Shown here piece after piece: positions 1 to 10,024 of a DNA stretch of 16,691 bases. The stretch spans positions 1 through 16,691 of the forward strand of contig JBFXGO010000046.1 in assembly GCA_050239825.1 (NCBI GenBank). The letters run 5' to 3'. A program made the translations under genes and the position numbers. Below the pieces are notes generated by a model. It saw only the letters and a program-made list of their open reading frames with translations. It made no database searches and had not been told where the DNA came from. This DNA is from a bacterium (GTDB taxonomy: Bacteria; Hydrothermota; 32-111). Positions within the stretch are counted from its first letter, which is position 1. Every line of letters begins with the position of its first letter.

Positions 1-131
1 GGAGAATCGAGTCCCAAGAATGTAATCAGATGTGAGATAAAAAACAGGAAAAAGGCTATCCATCCTGCTATGACTATTGTCAGGCATAAGAGAGTGTTTA
101 TAATATTGACTACATTGAAATCAAGTGACAT
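1..131 (-). CDS. Partial (runs off window) small hydrophobic membrane protein, N-terminus MSLDFNVVNIINTLLCLTIVIAGWIAFFLFFISHLITFLGLDS
   Basis: Manual translation: ATG at 131, open to the window edge, strongly hydrophobic. Only a weak purine-rich SD (AAAGAG) upstream. Not in the ORF track. Confidence 0.5.
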   Translation of the reverse strand, partial: MSLDFNVVNIINTLLCLTIVIAGWIAFFLFFISHLITFLGLDS

Positions 132-201
132 TGTGGCTCTTTTTGAATTGTTTATATTGAATATACCACAGATAATATTTTTAGTAAATATTAAAATTAC
201 G

Positions 202-229
202 AAAAAAAAACCCGCCATATAGGCGGGTT
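202..229 (-). terminator. Intrinsic terminator of the rRNA transcript
   Basis: Minus strand reads AACCCGCC-TATAT-GGCGGGTT followed by a T-run, about 10 nt downstream of the 5S 3' end. Confidence 0.9.
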
Positions 230-238
230 AAAAAATAA

Positions 239-356
<118 letters not shown>

Positions 357-694
357 TTAATATAAATATTAATGACATTTGATCTGTAGGAATACAACTT
401 AAGGACTAAGACGCTCGGCTTATTAGTACTGCTCGGCTGAACACATTACTGTGCTTACACCTGCAGCCTATCAACCTGGTAGTCTCCCAGGAGCCTTCGC
501 TAGGTAAAACCTAGAGTGAAATCTTATCTTGGGGTAGGTTTCCCGCTTAGATGCTTTCAGCGGTTATCCTGAACAAACACTGCTACCCAGCTATGCCACT
601 GGCGTGACAACTGGCATACAGGAGGTTTGCCCATCCCGGTCCTTTCGTACTAGGGACAGCACACCCTCAGATTTCATACGCCCGCAATGGATAC

Positions 695-737
<43 letters not shown>

Positions 738-758
738 ACTTTAATGGGCGAACAGACC

Positions 759-812
<54 letters not shown>

Positions 813-845
813 AAACTCCCTCGTCGATGTGGACTCTTGGAGGGA

Positions 846-901
<56 letters not shown>

Positions 902-1037
902 GGGACCACCGGATCACTAAGGCCTACTTTCGTATCTGTTCGAGCCGTCGCTCTCACAGTCAAGCTCCCTTATACCTTTATGCTCTACATGCGATTACCA
1001 ACCGCATTGAGGGAACCTTTGCACTCCTCCGTTACAA

Positions 1038-1082
<45 letters not shown>

Positions 1083-1325
1083 CCTGCTCTGGATTACAGA
1101 AACAGGTTAGAATTTCAATAAAATAAGGTTGGTATTTCACCGTTGACTCCACCGAAGCTGACGCCCCGGCTTCAAAGTCTCCCAACTATCCTACACATAC
1201 CTTACCAAAACCCAGTATCAGGGTACAGTAAAGGTTCACGGGGTCTTTTTGTCCGATTGCGGGTAGGCGGCATCTTCACCGCCGCTACAATGTTCGTCGA
1301 GCCTCTCGTTGAGACACTGCTCATA

Positions 1326-1389
<64 letters not shown>

Positions 1390-2072
1390 CGTTTATGTTA
1401 GCTTCATATCGCTATGAAGACCGGACTATATCATCGGTTTTTAAACCGTTTGGCGTGTAGTCTCTGAGGATTCTTTTTGATGAATAATTTCTGCTTCTGA
1501 GAATTTTCTCTTTCCGCCATCATTCATCTCTCTCCTTATGTCCAGTATTTTTTTGATTCCTTCTTCTGACAAATGCTGATTATCATTGACAAGTTCAGCT
1601 ATTTGACAGAATTTTGAAAAATCGCGCTTTTTTTTCTGAGAAAGAAAATTGAATTTTTTGAAGAATGGTATCACTTGTTCGTTGATTGCAGTCAAATTAT
1701 TGACTTCGTAGTACCACACTCCGTCCCTTCTCTGCCTCAAAGTTCCGCAGTTTAAGTGTTTCTTAAAGAGAGTCAGTATCAATTTCTCTTTCTGCGACAC
1801 ATTAAAGCACAAAGATATTTTAAATCCCTGCTTATAATCATCGCTCTTTCTGAATGAGACATTGAAACTTCCCTCTCCGTCTGCGAAACCGGCAAGATAA
1901 AAGCCGATATCGTCTGGAACATTATTCATGGAGACCTCCTAAAAAGTCTTTCCTGCTGATTGTCCGCACCCGAGCCATTGTCACTGCCCTCTTATTTCAA
2001 GAGCGAGTAGGCCGGGATACACCGGGTTTTCCAGCATATAGCCAAATTTTACAACTACAGTGGTCCGCGTCT
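1390..2072 (-). mobile_element. Group I intron (683 nt) in 23S rRNA, inserted after U1917 (E. coli numbering, L1917, helix 69)
   Basis: Exons rejoin as GGCGGCCGTAACTAT|AACGGTCCTAAGG. The 5' exon ends in U and the intron ends in G. IGS GTAGTTG (2058-2052) pairs with exon TAACTAT including the U:G splice pair. P10 GGACC pairs with 3' exon GGTCC. Core elements: P ATGCTGGAAA, Q AATCAGCAGG, R CCTCAGAGACTACA (1469-1456), S GATATAGTCC (1432-1423), P3 TTTGGC/GCCAAA, and P8 and P9 hairpins. Confidence 0.95.
1441..1929 (-). CDS. Intron-encoded single-motif LAGLIDADG homing endonuclease (I-CreI-like), 162 aa
   Basis: Motif FYLAGFADGEGSF, F.VSQK, IPFF..F...SQKKKRDF.KF; SD AGGAGG at 1940-1935; located inside the group I intron. 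Confidence 0.95.
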   Translation of the reverse strand: MNNVPDDIGFYLAGFADGEGSFNVSFRKSDDYKQGFKISLCFNVSQKEKLILTLFKKHLNCGTLRQRRDGVWYYEVNNLTAINEQVIPFFKKFNFLSQKKKRDFSKFCQIAELVNDNQHLSEEGIKKILDIRREMNDGGKRKFSEAEIIHQKESSETTRQTV

Positions 2073-2878
2073 ATAGTTACGGCCGCCGTTTACTGGGGCT
2101 TCGGTTCAAAGCTTCGAACAATTGCTTGCCCTAACCTCTTCCCTTAACCTTCCAGCACCGGGCAGGTGTCAGGCCCTATACTTTGTCTTACGACTTTGCA
2201 GAGCCCTGTGTTTTTGATAAACAGTCGCATGAGCCATTTCTCTGCGCCCCAAATCCGCTTAAAGAGCAAGTCTCATCACAGATCTGGGTCCCCCATTTTC
2301 CGAAGTTACGGGGGTAAATTGCCGAGTTCCTTAACGAGAGATAACTCGAGCACCTTAGGATTTTCTCCTCATCCACCTGTGTCGGTTTACGGTACGGTCA
2401 CCAACTTTTCTCCCTACGTGGCTTTTCTTGTCAGTATGGGATTAACCACTTCGCTCAGTAAAGAGCTCGCCATCACCTCTCGGAGTTAATGAAAGCGTGG
2501 ATTTGCCTGCGCCTTCCTCCTACGGGCTTAGTCCAGCATCCGACAGCTGGTAGGTCTACCCTTCTGCGCCCCCACTTCAGTAATAACGAAAAATTGGTGG
2601 TACAGGAATATTAACCTGTTATCCATCGACTACGCCTTTCGGCCTTGACTTAGGCACCGACTAACCCTGGGAGGATTAACCTTCCCCAGGAAACCTTAGA
2701 TTTACGGTGAGCGGGTTTCTCGCCCGCTTTATCACTACTCATACCGGCATTTTCACTTCTGTCCACTCCACGGCCCCTTGCGATACCGCTTCAACGTTGA
2801 CAGAACGCTCCCCTACCAACAAAATTGTTCCGCAGTTTCGGTAATAGGCTTAGCCCCGTTAAATCTTAGGCGCAAAAC

Positions 2879-2912
<34 letters not shown>

Positions 2913-3522
2913 TGTATGGCTGCTTCTAAGCCAACATCCTGGCTGTCTGTGTAATTTCACATCCTTTACCACTTAGCCTATATTTTGGGACCTTAACTGG
3001 CGGTCTGGGTTGTTTCCCTCTCGGCAATGAAGCTTAGCCCCCACTGCCTGACTCCCGGACTTTGAGTATTGGAATTCGCAGTTTGATAAGGGTTGGTATG
3101 CTTGTGGCACCCTAACCTTTTCAGAGCTCTACCCCCAATACTAACCATCCGAGGCTAGCCCTAAAGCTATTTCGGGGAGAACCAGCTATCACTGAACTTG
3201 TTAAGCCTTTCACTCCAATCCACAAGTCATCCAAAACCTTTTAAAGGGTTACTGGTTCGGGCCTTCATCTCGTGTTACCGAGACTTCACCCTGCTCATGG
3301 ATAGCTCGTTCAGCTTCGGGTCTGCAGCATGCTACTAAACGCCCTATTCGGACTCGCTTTCGCTACGGCTCCGTGATTACTTTCACTTAACCTTGCAACA
3401 TACGACAACTCGCCGGTCCATTATGCAAAAGGTACGCCGTCAGGCATACTCCGGTTGCCCGGAATGTAGCCCTCCGACTGATTGTAAGTATATGGTTTCA
3501 GATTCTATTTCACTCCCCGCCA

Positions 3523-3553
<31 letters not shown>

Positions 3554-4120
3554 AGTGCACTATCGGTCACAGATTAGTATTTAGTCTTAGGAAATGGTCT
3601 TCCCGGATTCCCACAAGATTTCACGTGTCCCGTGGTACTTGGGATACCTGAAAAAGGTCACCTGCATGCCGCATACGGGGCTTTCACCGTCTGTGGCCTG
3701 TCATTCCAAACAGTTCTGCTATACAGATGATTTGTAACCTTTTGGTCTCACTGCACTTAACCACTCAGGTCCCGCGACACCTGACATACAACGGTTGCAG
3801 CCTATCACGTATGTCTGGGTTTAGACTCTTTCCCGTTCGCTCACCACTACTTGGGAAATCACTTTTGTTTTCTTTTCCTCCAGTTACTGAGATGTTTCAC
3901 TTCTCTGGGTTGGCGACCCTAAACTATGTATTTATTTAGGGACGATACGAGTTTATCGTATCAGGTTTCCCCATTCGGAAATCCTCGGATCTAAGCCCGC
4001 TTGACGGCTCCCCGAGGCTTATCGCAGCCTGCTACGCCCTTCATCGCCTATCTGTGCCAAGGCATTCCCCATATACTCTTAGTATCTTAATCCATAAGAT
4101 GCATTCCTACAGAAATCAAA

Positions 4121-4133
4121 ATGTCAAAGAACT
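4121..4133 (-). promoter_or_regulatory. boxA-like antitermination element upstream of 23S
   Basis: Minus strand AGTTCTTTGACAT resembles rrn boxA and lies at the start of the processing stem. Confidence 0.55.
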
Positions 4134-4163
4134 TTCAAAGTAATCAAAATTAAAAGGATGATT

Positions 4164-4191
4164 ATTATATCAAACTTTAGAAATTTGTCAA
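4164..4191 (-). promoter_or_regulatory. Proximal sigma70-type promoter for 23S-5S
   Basis: TTGACA (4191-4186), 16-nt spacer ending TGA (extended -10 TGn), TATAAT (4169-4164). A-tracts upstream (UP-like). 35/39 nt identical to the 16S promoter. Confidence 0.85.
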
Positions 4192-4258
4192 GAGCTAAAT
4201 TGCGTTTTTTTATTTTTTTATTTTTTGGGAGGGATAATGTTCCTCCGACCGCTTGCAT

Positions 4259-4286
4259 AGTATAGCTAAAAATAAATTTTTGTCAA
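4259..4286 (-). promoter_or_regulatory. Distal sigma70-type promoter for 23S-5S
   Basis: TTGACA (4286-4281), 16 nt, TATACT (4264-4259). Confidence 0.75.
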
Positions 4287-4295
4287 GAGAAAAAA

Positions 4296-5157
4296 TTTTA
4301 GGGACGGTGGTTTCAAAAAGCTGGCTTTTTTATTCGCCTATCCATTTACTTATCGTGCATTTATTTCTTTTAAAAATGACTGCAATTTCATTGACAGTAT
4401 AACCTTTCTCATAGAGTTTTCTGGCAACTTGTTTTCTTTTTTCTTTTTCTGATTCACAAGAAATTTTGTTTGAAAGATATTCGAAATCCAACTGCAGCTT
4501 TTCATCTTCAGTACGTCTTTTTTTATACCTTTTATTCTTCCTCGGCTTTCTCTTTTCGAGTTTCAGGAAATCTTTTTCTTCTCCGTAATAATCATCTTTT
4601 TTGTTTACCAATTTGTCATAATCAAAAAGTTTTTCTTTGTTCACATATGTTATCATCGAGTCAGAGTGTTTAATTTTATACGACATAGCGCTTGAATATT
4701 TGTAATCGCAGGGATCTGTAACAAAGCCTTTCTTCAACGGATTATTATGAATGTAAAGAACTATTGTGTAAAGATATTTCTCGTTCAAAATTATATAGAT
4801 TTTTGCTCTATCCTGAAAAACATGACCGGTAAATCCATATTTGTTATTGAAATAAATGGCATATCTGGTATTTATTATTCTAAGAAATTTTTCTATTTTA
4901 TCCTTATTCCTTTTTACAAGTAAATGGTAATGATTTGGCATCAGACAAAAAGCATACAACTCTATGTCGGTTCGCTTCAGAGTTTTTTTCAAAAGAGAAA
5001 TAAAATAATCCATATCTTCATCGCATAAGAATATTTTATCTTTTCTTTGCCCTCTGCACATTACATGGTAAAAGGAATTTTCAATCTCAATCCGCCCTGT
5101 TCTCGGCATGTGTGCCTCCTGAAAAAATGCAGCTTTTTGAAACCACCGTCCCTAAAA
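4296..5157 (-). mobile_element. Y1/HuH (RAYT/IS200-like) element bounded by perfect 28-bp inverted repeats
   Basis: ttttagggacggtggtttcaaaaagctg (4296-4323) is the exact reverse complement of cagctttttgaaaccaccgtccctaaaa (5130-5157). The repeats enclose only the transposase gene. Confidence 0.8.
4330..5109 (-). CDS. REP-associated tyrosine transposase-like / IS200-type Y1 HuH endonuclease with C-terminal HTH, 259 aa
   Basis: N-terminal MPR..R......YHVMCRG, AFCLMPNHYHLL (HuH), GHVFQDR, catalytic YIHNNP, DYKYSS, and a C-terminal HTH (GYTVNEIAVIFKRNKCTISKWI). SD AGGAGG at 5120-5115. Confidence 0.92.
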   Translation of the reverse strand: MPRTGRIEIENSFYHVMCRGQRKDKIFLCDEDMDYFISLLKKTLKRTDIELYAFCLMPNHYHLLVKRNKDKIEKFLRIINTRYAIYFNNKYGFTGHVFQDRAKIYIILNEKYLYTIVLYIHNNPLKKGFVTDPCDYKYSSAMSYKIKHSDSMITYVNKEKLFDYDKLVNKKDDYYGEEKDFLKLEKRKPRKNKRYKKRRTEDEKLQLDFEYLSNKISCESEKEKRKQVARKLYEKGYTVNEIAVIFKRNKCTISKWIGE

Positions 5158-5159
5158 AA

Positions 5160-5232
5160 TGGAGGTAAGCGGGATCGAACCGCTGACCCCATGCTTGCAA
5201 AGCATGTGCTCTCCCAGCTGAGCTATACCCCC
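5160..5232 (-). tRNA. tRNA-Ala (TGC), CCA not encoded
   Basis: GGGGGTATAGCTCAGCTGGGAGAGCA CATGC TT TGC AA GCATG GGGTC AGCGG TTCGATC CCGCT TACCTCC A; full cloverleaf with the G3:U70 alanine identity pair. Confidence 0.97.
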
Positions 5233-5252
5233 AAAATTTTGTTGAAAAAGAT

Positions 5253-6419
5253 CTAAAATTCGTAACCAGTATATGAAATACCTATGTTCATGTCAAGATC
5301 ATTGATTGCATTTCCCGACAGAATATAAGGAATTTCAAAAATCTCTTTCGAGAGATCAAAAGCAATTCTCAAATTGTCAAAAGAAAGAACCACTCCGGTT
5401 CTCATGTCATACTCAAAACCGGCTGTCTGCATAACCGGAGAGAGAAGCGGAGCATCTTCAACCACAACGCTCTTCCAGCATCCGGAGACACCCGCGTTTA
5501 GCGAAACAATCTTATTGACATAGAAAGCAAATCCGGTTGAAAGAACAGGAAATTTAGAGATTGTTACTCTCTCTTCGCTTTCAGAACCTGTCACAAAAGA
5601 AAGCTTGGAATAGCTGACACTCTGCTCATACGCGGCGGACAAATATGCGCTCACATAAGAAAATGATTCAAAACTGAGTAAAACTTTTACTGAGAGAGAA
5701 TCCTCGGAATTCAATTCCACATCTCCGGAAGTCTCGCCTTGCTGGAACTCTTCAAGTCCGTAGGGATTCTTTGAATATTTAGCAGAGACAGTTATCTTGT
5801 TTTCGGCAAACAGCTGTGTAATTCTGCCGCTCAGTTTGTATCCAAGAGGAGAGGCGGCTTTAATAATTCTATTCACATCATCGGAGCCGGCAGAAAGAAT
5901 TGTCACATCTCCCGCAAAATCTATTGCGAGCATATCGTTTATAATCATTGTTATTGATGGATTGATGCAAAATTCAGACATATTGAGGGTCGTGTTATTG
6001 TATGGAGATATCCTATCTTTCAGATATTCGTCGATTTTATATCCTGCAAAGGCTATGCCAAAATTGAAATTTTTAACTTTTTTTCCTGCGGATATACCGA
6101 GAATGACAGGCACAATATCCCGGCCGGAAATATTTTTTATCATGGAATCCCTCAATATATTCTGAGTCCTTTCAACATAGACTCCAAGCCTCCCCCAATA
6201 ATTATCAAAAAGCGCCAGAGCATTCACTTGTGAATTATAATAGTCAACAGAAGCAATAGCCTTAAATTGCTCAGATTCAATAAGTGAAGATGGGTATGTT
6301 AAAAAAGAGTTTGGATCATCAGTCATTGTGGGGTCGATTTTTAGAGAATTCCATTCGGAAATAGATGCAAATAGGATGGATGAAGATAAGACAATTATAA
6401 CAAAAATAAATTTTTTCAT
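5253..6419 (-). CDS. Exported hypothetical protein, probable outer-membrane beta-barrel (~388 aa; start 6419 or 6422)
   Basis: SD AAGGAAGG (6432-6425) precedes ATG ATG AAA AAA. Signal peptide MKKFIFVIIVLSSSILFA, many alternating amphipathic beta segments, and C-terminal ...MNIGISYTGYEF with terminal Phe. The ORF-track start at 6467 lies inside the tRNA. Confidence 0.8.
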   Translation of the reverse strand: MKKFIFVIIVLSSSILFASISEWNSLKIDPTMTDDPNSFLTYPSSLIESEQFKAIASVDYYNSQVNALALFDNYWGRLGVYVERTQNILRDSMIKNISGRDIVPVILGISAGKKVKNFNFGIAFAGYKIDEYLKDRISPYNNTTLNMSEFCINPSITMIINDMLAIDFAGDVTILSAGSDDVNRIIKAASPLGYKLSGRITQLFAENKITVSAKYSKNPYGLEEFQQGETSGDVELNSEDSLSVKVLLSFESFSYVSAYLSAAYEQSVSYSKLSFVTGSESEERVTISKFPVLSTGFAFYVNKIVSLNAGVSGCWKSVVVEDAPLLSPVMQTAGFEYDMRTGVVLSFDNLRIAFDLSKEIFEIPYILSGNAINDLDMNIGISYTGYEF

Positions 6420-6436
6420 CATTACCTTCCTTTTAA

Positions 6437-6513
<77 letters not shown>

Positions 6514-6546
6514 AGTTAAATCTACTTTAGAGTTATAAAATAAAAA

Positions 6547-8191
<1,645 letters not shown>

Positions 8192-8204
8192 ATTTCAAAG
8201 ATCT
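8192..8204 (-). promoter_or_regulatory. boxA-like antitermination element in the 16S leader
   Basis: Minus strand AGATCTTTGAAAT, immediately before the processing stem. Confidence 0.55.
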
Positions 8205-8243
8205 TTTTTTCTGATTTCAACCCTTATTAAAAAGGGGATGATT

Positions 8244-8271
8244 AGTATATCAAATTTTTCAAATTTGTCAA
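8244..8271 (-). promoter_or_regulatory. Proximal rrn promoter (16S)
   Basis: TTGACA (8271-8266), 16-nt spacer ending TGA (extended -10), TATACT (8249-8244). A-tract UP-like region at 8281-8299. Confidence 0.85.
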
Positions 8272-8324
8272 GAGGTATGTTTCTTTTTTTCTTTTTTTTA
8301 GATCACTGCTGTCTCGTGGGCTTC

Positions 8325-8353
8325 TTTATATCACAAATAAAGTTCCTTGTCAA
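8325..8353 (-). promoter_or_regulatory. Distal rrn promoter (16S)
   Basis: TTGACA (8353-8348), 17-nt spacer ending TGA, TATAAA (8330-8325). The -10 lacks the final conserved T. Confidence 0.6.
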
Positions 8354-8363
8354 GCGAATTTTT

Positions 8364-9581
8364 TTATTGCCGGATAACTCTCTCCATAAGAGATGCATAT
8401 TCCCGCGCCTGACTCTCCCTATTGTACTTTTCATATACCAACCTCTTGCCGTTTCTGCCCAGTTCTTCGCACAGATTTGGATTGGCCATGAGAGTCTCTA
8501 TGCTTTTCACAAGGTCATCCGCGCTGTCTGATTTAAATACAATTCCTGTCTTGTTTTTTTCTACAAGCTCTTTGGCGACTCCGTATATACCTATAAGAAT
8601 CGGCTTGCCGGATGCCATAACATCGAACATCTTTGCCGGGTACATTTCTCTTGCCATAGGCAGGTCCCTCTCATGAGCAAGGCCGGCATCAACTTCAAGC
8701 ATAGCGTACGGCACCATCTCAAGAGGGATTTTATCCCATAAAAATATATTGCTCAGATTTTTCTGTTTTATTGAATCCGCAATTTTAGATTTTTGCGCTC
8801 CGTCTCCGATTATGAAAAAGAAAATGTTTTTATCTTTCATTTTTGATGCGGCTTGGACAAGGATTTCAAGATTGTGCGATAAACCTATGGTTCCAATGTA
8901 TGCAACAGCAAAACCTTTTTTTATCCCGTCCTTCCATATTATATTCTTTTTTTCAGCTACATCGAACCGTTCCGGGTCAACTCCATTTGGTATGCATTCC
9001 ACTGTTTTTCCGGGAAAGCATTTCTTGAGGATATTGATTCTCTGCAGAGGAGTTGTCGTTATTATCAGGGCTGATTTTGCATACAGAAGGCGCTCCAGTT
9101 TCTCCATCAGGCGGATTATCATTCTTATCTTCAGCATTTTCAGATCAACGGCCGACTGGGGCCATATATCGCGCACTTCAAACACAAAGGGGATTCTTCT
9201 GAGTCTTGAAATAATATACCCGGAAATTCCCACAAAAAGCTGGGGCGAAGTCGCCACAACCACATCAGGCTTGTTTACATACAGGCCTGTAACAAGAGCG
9301 GTCACCATGAATGACAGAAAAGAAAATATCCTCTTAATGAATCCCTTATTGGGTGTTACATAAAGAATAACCCTCAGAATTCTCACTCCGTTAGAATGCT
9401 CCTCCGTAAAATACTCCCATTTGTATTTCGGATGTATTATTCCATCCGGATGGTTGGGCATTGCAGTTATTATGGTTACTTCGTGCCCATCTTTCGCCCA
9501 ATATTTTGCAAGCTCACTTATACGGGCGCTTGGAGCGCACATTTCAGGTGTATAATATTGAGTTATAAATAAGATTTTCAT
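8364..9581 (-). CDS. Glycosyltransferase family 4 (WbuB-like, GT-B fold), 405 aa
   Basis: MKILFITQYYTPE, PNHPDG, PDVVVATSPQLF, FEVRDIWPQS, IPNGVD, YIGTIGLSHNL, IGDG, P.KMFD.MASGKPI. Confidence 0.93.
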   Translation of the reverse strand: MKILFITQYYTPEMCAPSARISELAKYWAKDGHEVTIITAMPNHPDGIIHPKYKWEYFTEEHSNGVRILRVILYVTPNKGFIKRIFSFLSFMVTALVTGLYVNKPDVVVATSPQLFVGISGYIISRLRRIPFVFEVRDIWPQSAVDLKMLKIRMIIRLMEKLERLLYAKSALIITTTPLQRINILKKCFPGKTVECIPNGVDPERFDVAEKKNIIWKDGIKKGFAVAYIGTIGLSHNLEILVQAASKMKDKNIFFFIIGDGAQKSKIADSIKQKNLSNIFLWDKIPLEMVPYAMLEVDAGLAHERDLPMAREMYPAKMFDVMASGKPILIGIYGVAKELVEKNKTGIVFKSDSADDLVKSIETLMANPNLCEELGRNGKRLVYEKYNRESQAREYASLMERVIRQ

Positions 9582-9677
9582 CTTAATGTGTTTTCGTAAC
9601 TATAAGAGACTCTCCTAACAATCAAATCGGCCTGCATCGTGCCATGCTTTCAATCTTTGCAGAAGAGATGCAGAGCG

Positions 9678-9851
9678 CTATTTCTTCTCTTCGTTTTTTT
9701 CACACTCAGAGACAAATTTCTTGATGTCATCAATTGCATCAAGAATCAACTTCGCCTTTGAGTAGCCGAATGAGAAGGGGTACCGGTCATTCTCATTTCT
9801 TTTCAGAATGATTACGGGCTTTCCCCTGTACTCAGTTTTGTCGATAAACAT
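9678..9851 (-). CDS. Small hypothetical protein, 57 aa (MFIDKTEYRGKPVIILKRNENDRYPFSFGYSKAKLILDAIDDIKKFVSECEKNEEKK)
   Basis: Manual translation: SD AAGGAG (9863-9858), ATG at 9851, TAG at 9680-9678. Protein-like beta-beta-beta-alpha pattern. Below the ORF-track length cutoff. Confidence 0.8.
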   Translation of the reverse strand: MFIDKTEYRGKPVIILKRNENDRYPFSFGYSKAKLILDAIDDIKKFVSECEKNEEKK

Positions 9852-9884
9852 AAACGACTCCTTTTTAATAGCTATATAAATAAT

Positions 9885-9912
9885 ATATTATTAAAATATT
9901 ATATAAAGTCAA
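9885..9912 (-). promoter_or_regulatory. Putative promoter for the 57-aa ORF / glycosyltransferase unit
   Basis: TTGACT (9912-9907), 16 nt, TAATAT (9890-9885). The context is very AT-rich, so a chance match is possible. Confidence 0.4.
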
Positions 9913-10024
9913 TAGAAAAGAATAGAAATTGATTCACTATGTGGAGGCAGTCGATATTTATGTTGCCGTTTACAGAGGGGGGATTTCTTCTTTACTTTTT
10001 TCTTATTTGGTGTATTATTTTAAG

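Noticed and set aside
4228..4246. Hairpin GGAGG...CCTCC between the two 23S promoters as a terminator
   Set aside because: On the transcribed minus strand it is followed by an A-run, not a U-run. Probably a leader structure.
4315..4330. AAAAAG-CTGG-CTTTTT palindrome after the transposase stop as a terminator
   Set aside because: The stem is nearly all A-T and too weak to call, so read-through into 23S cannot be excluded.
4290..5163. DDE-type IS with target-site duplication, or IS605 with tnpB
   Set aside because: The protein has HuH/Y1 motifs rather than DDE, no convincing direct repeat flanks the IRs, and no tnpB is present.
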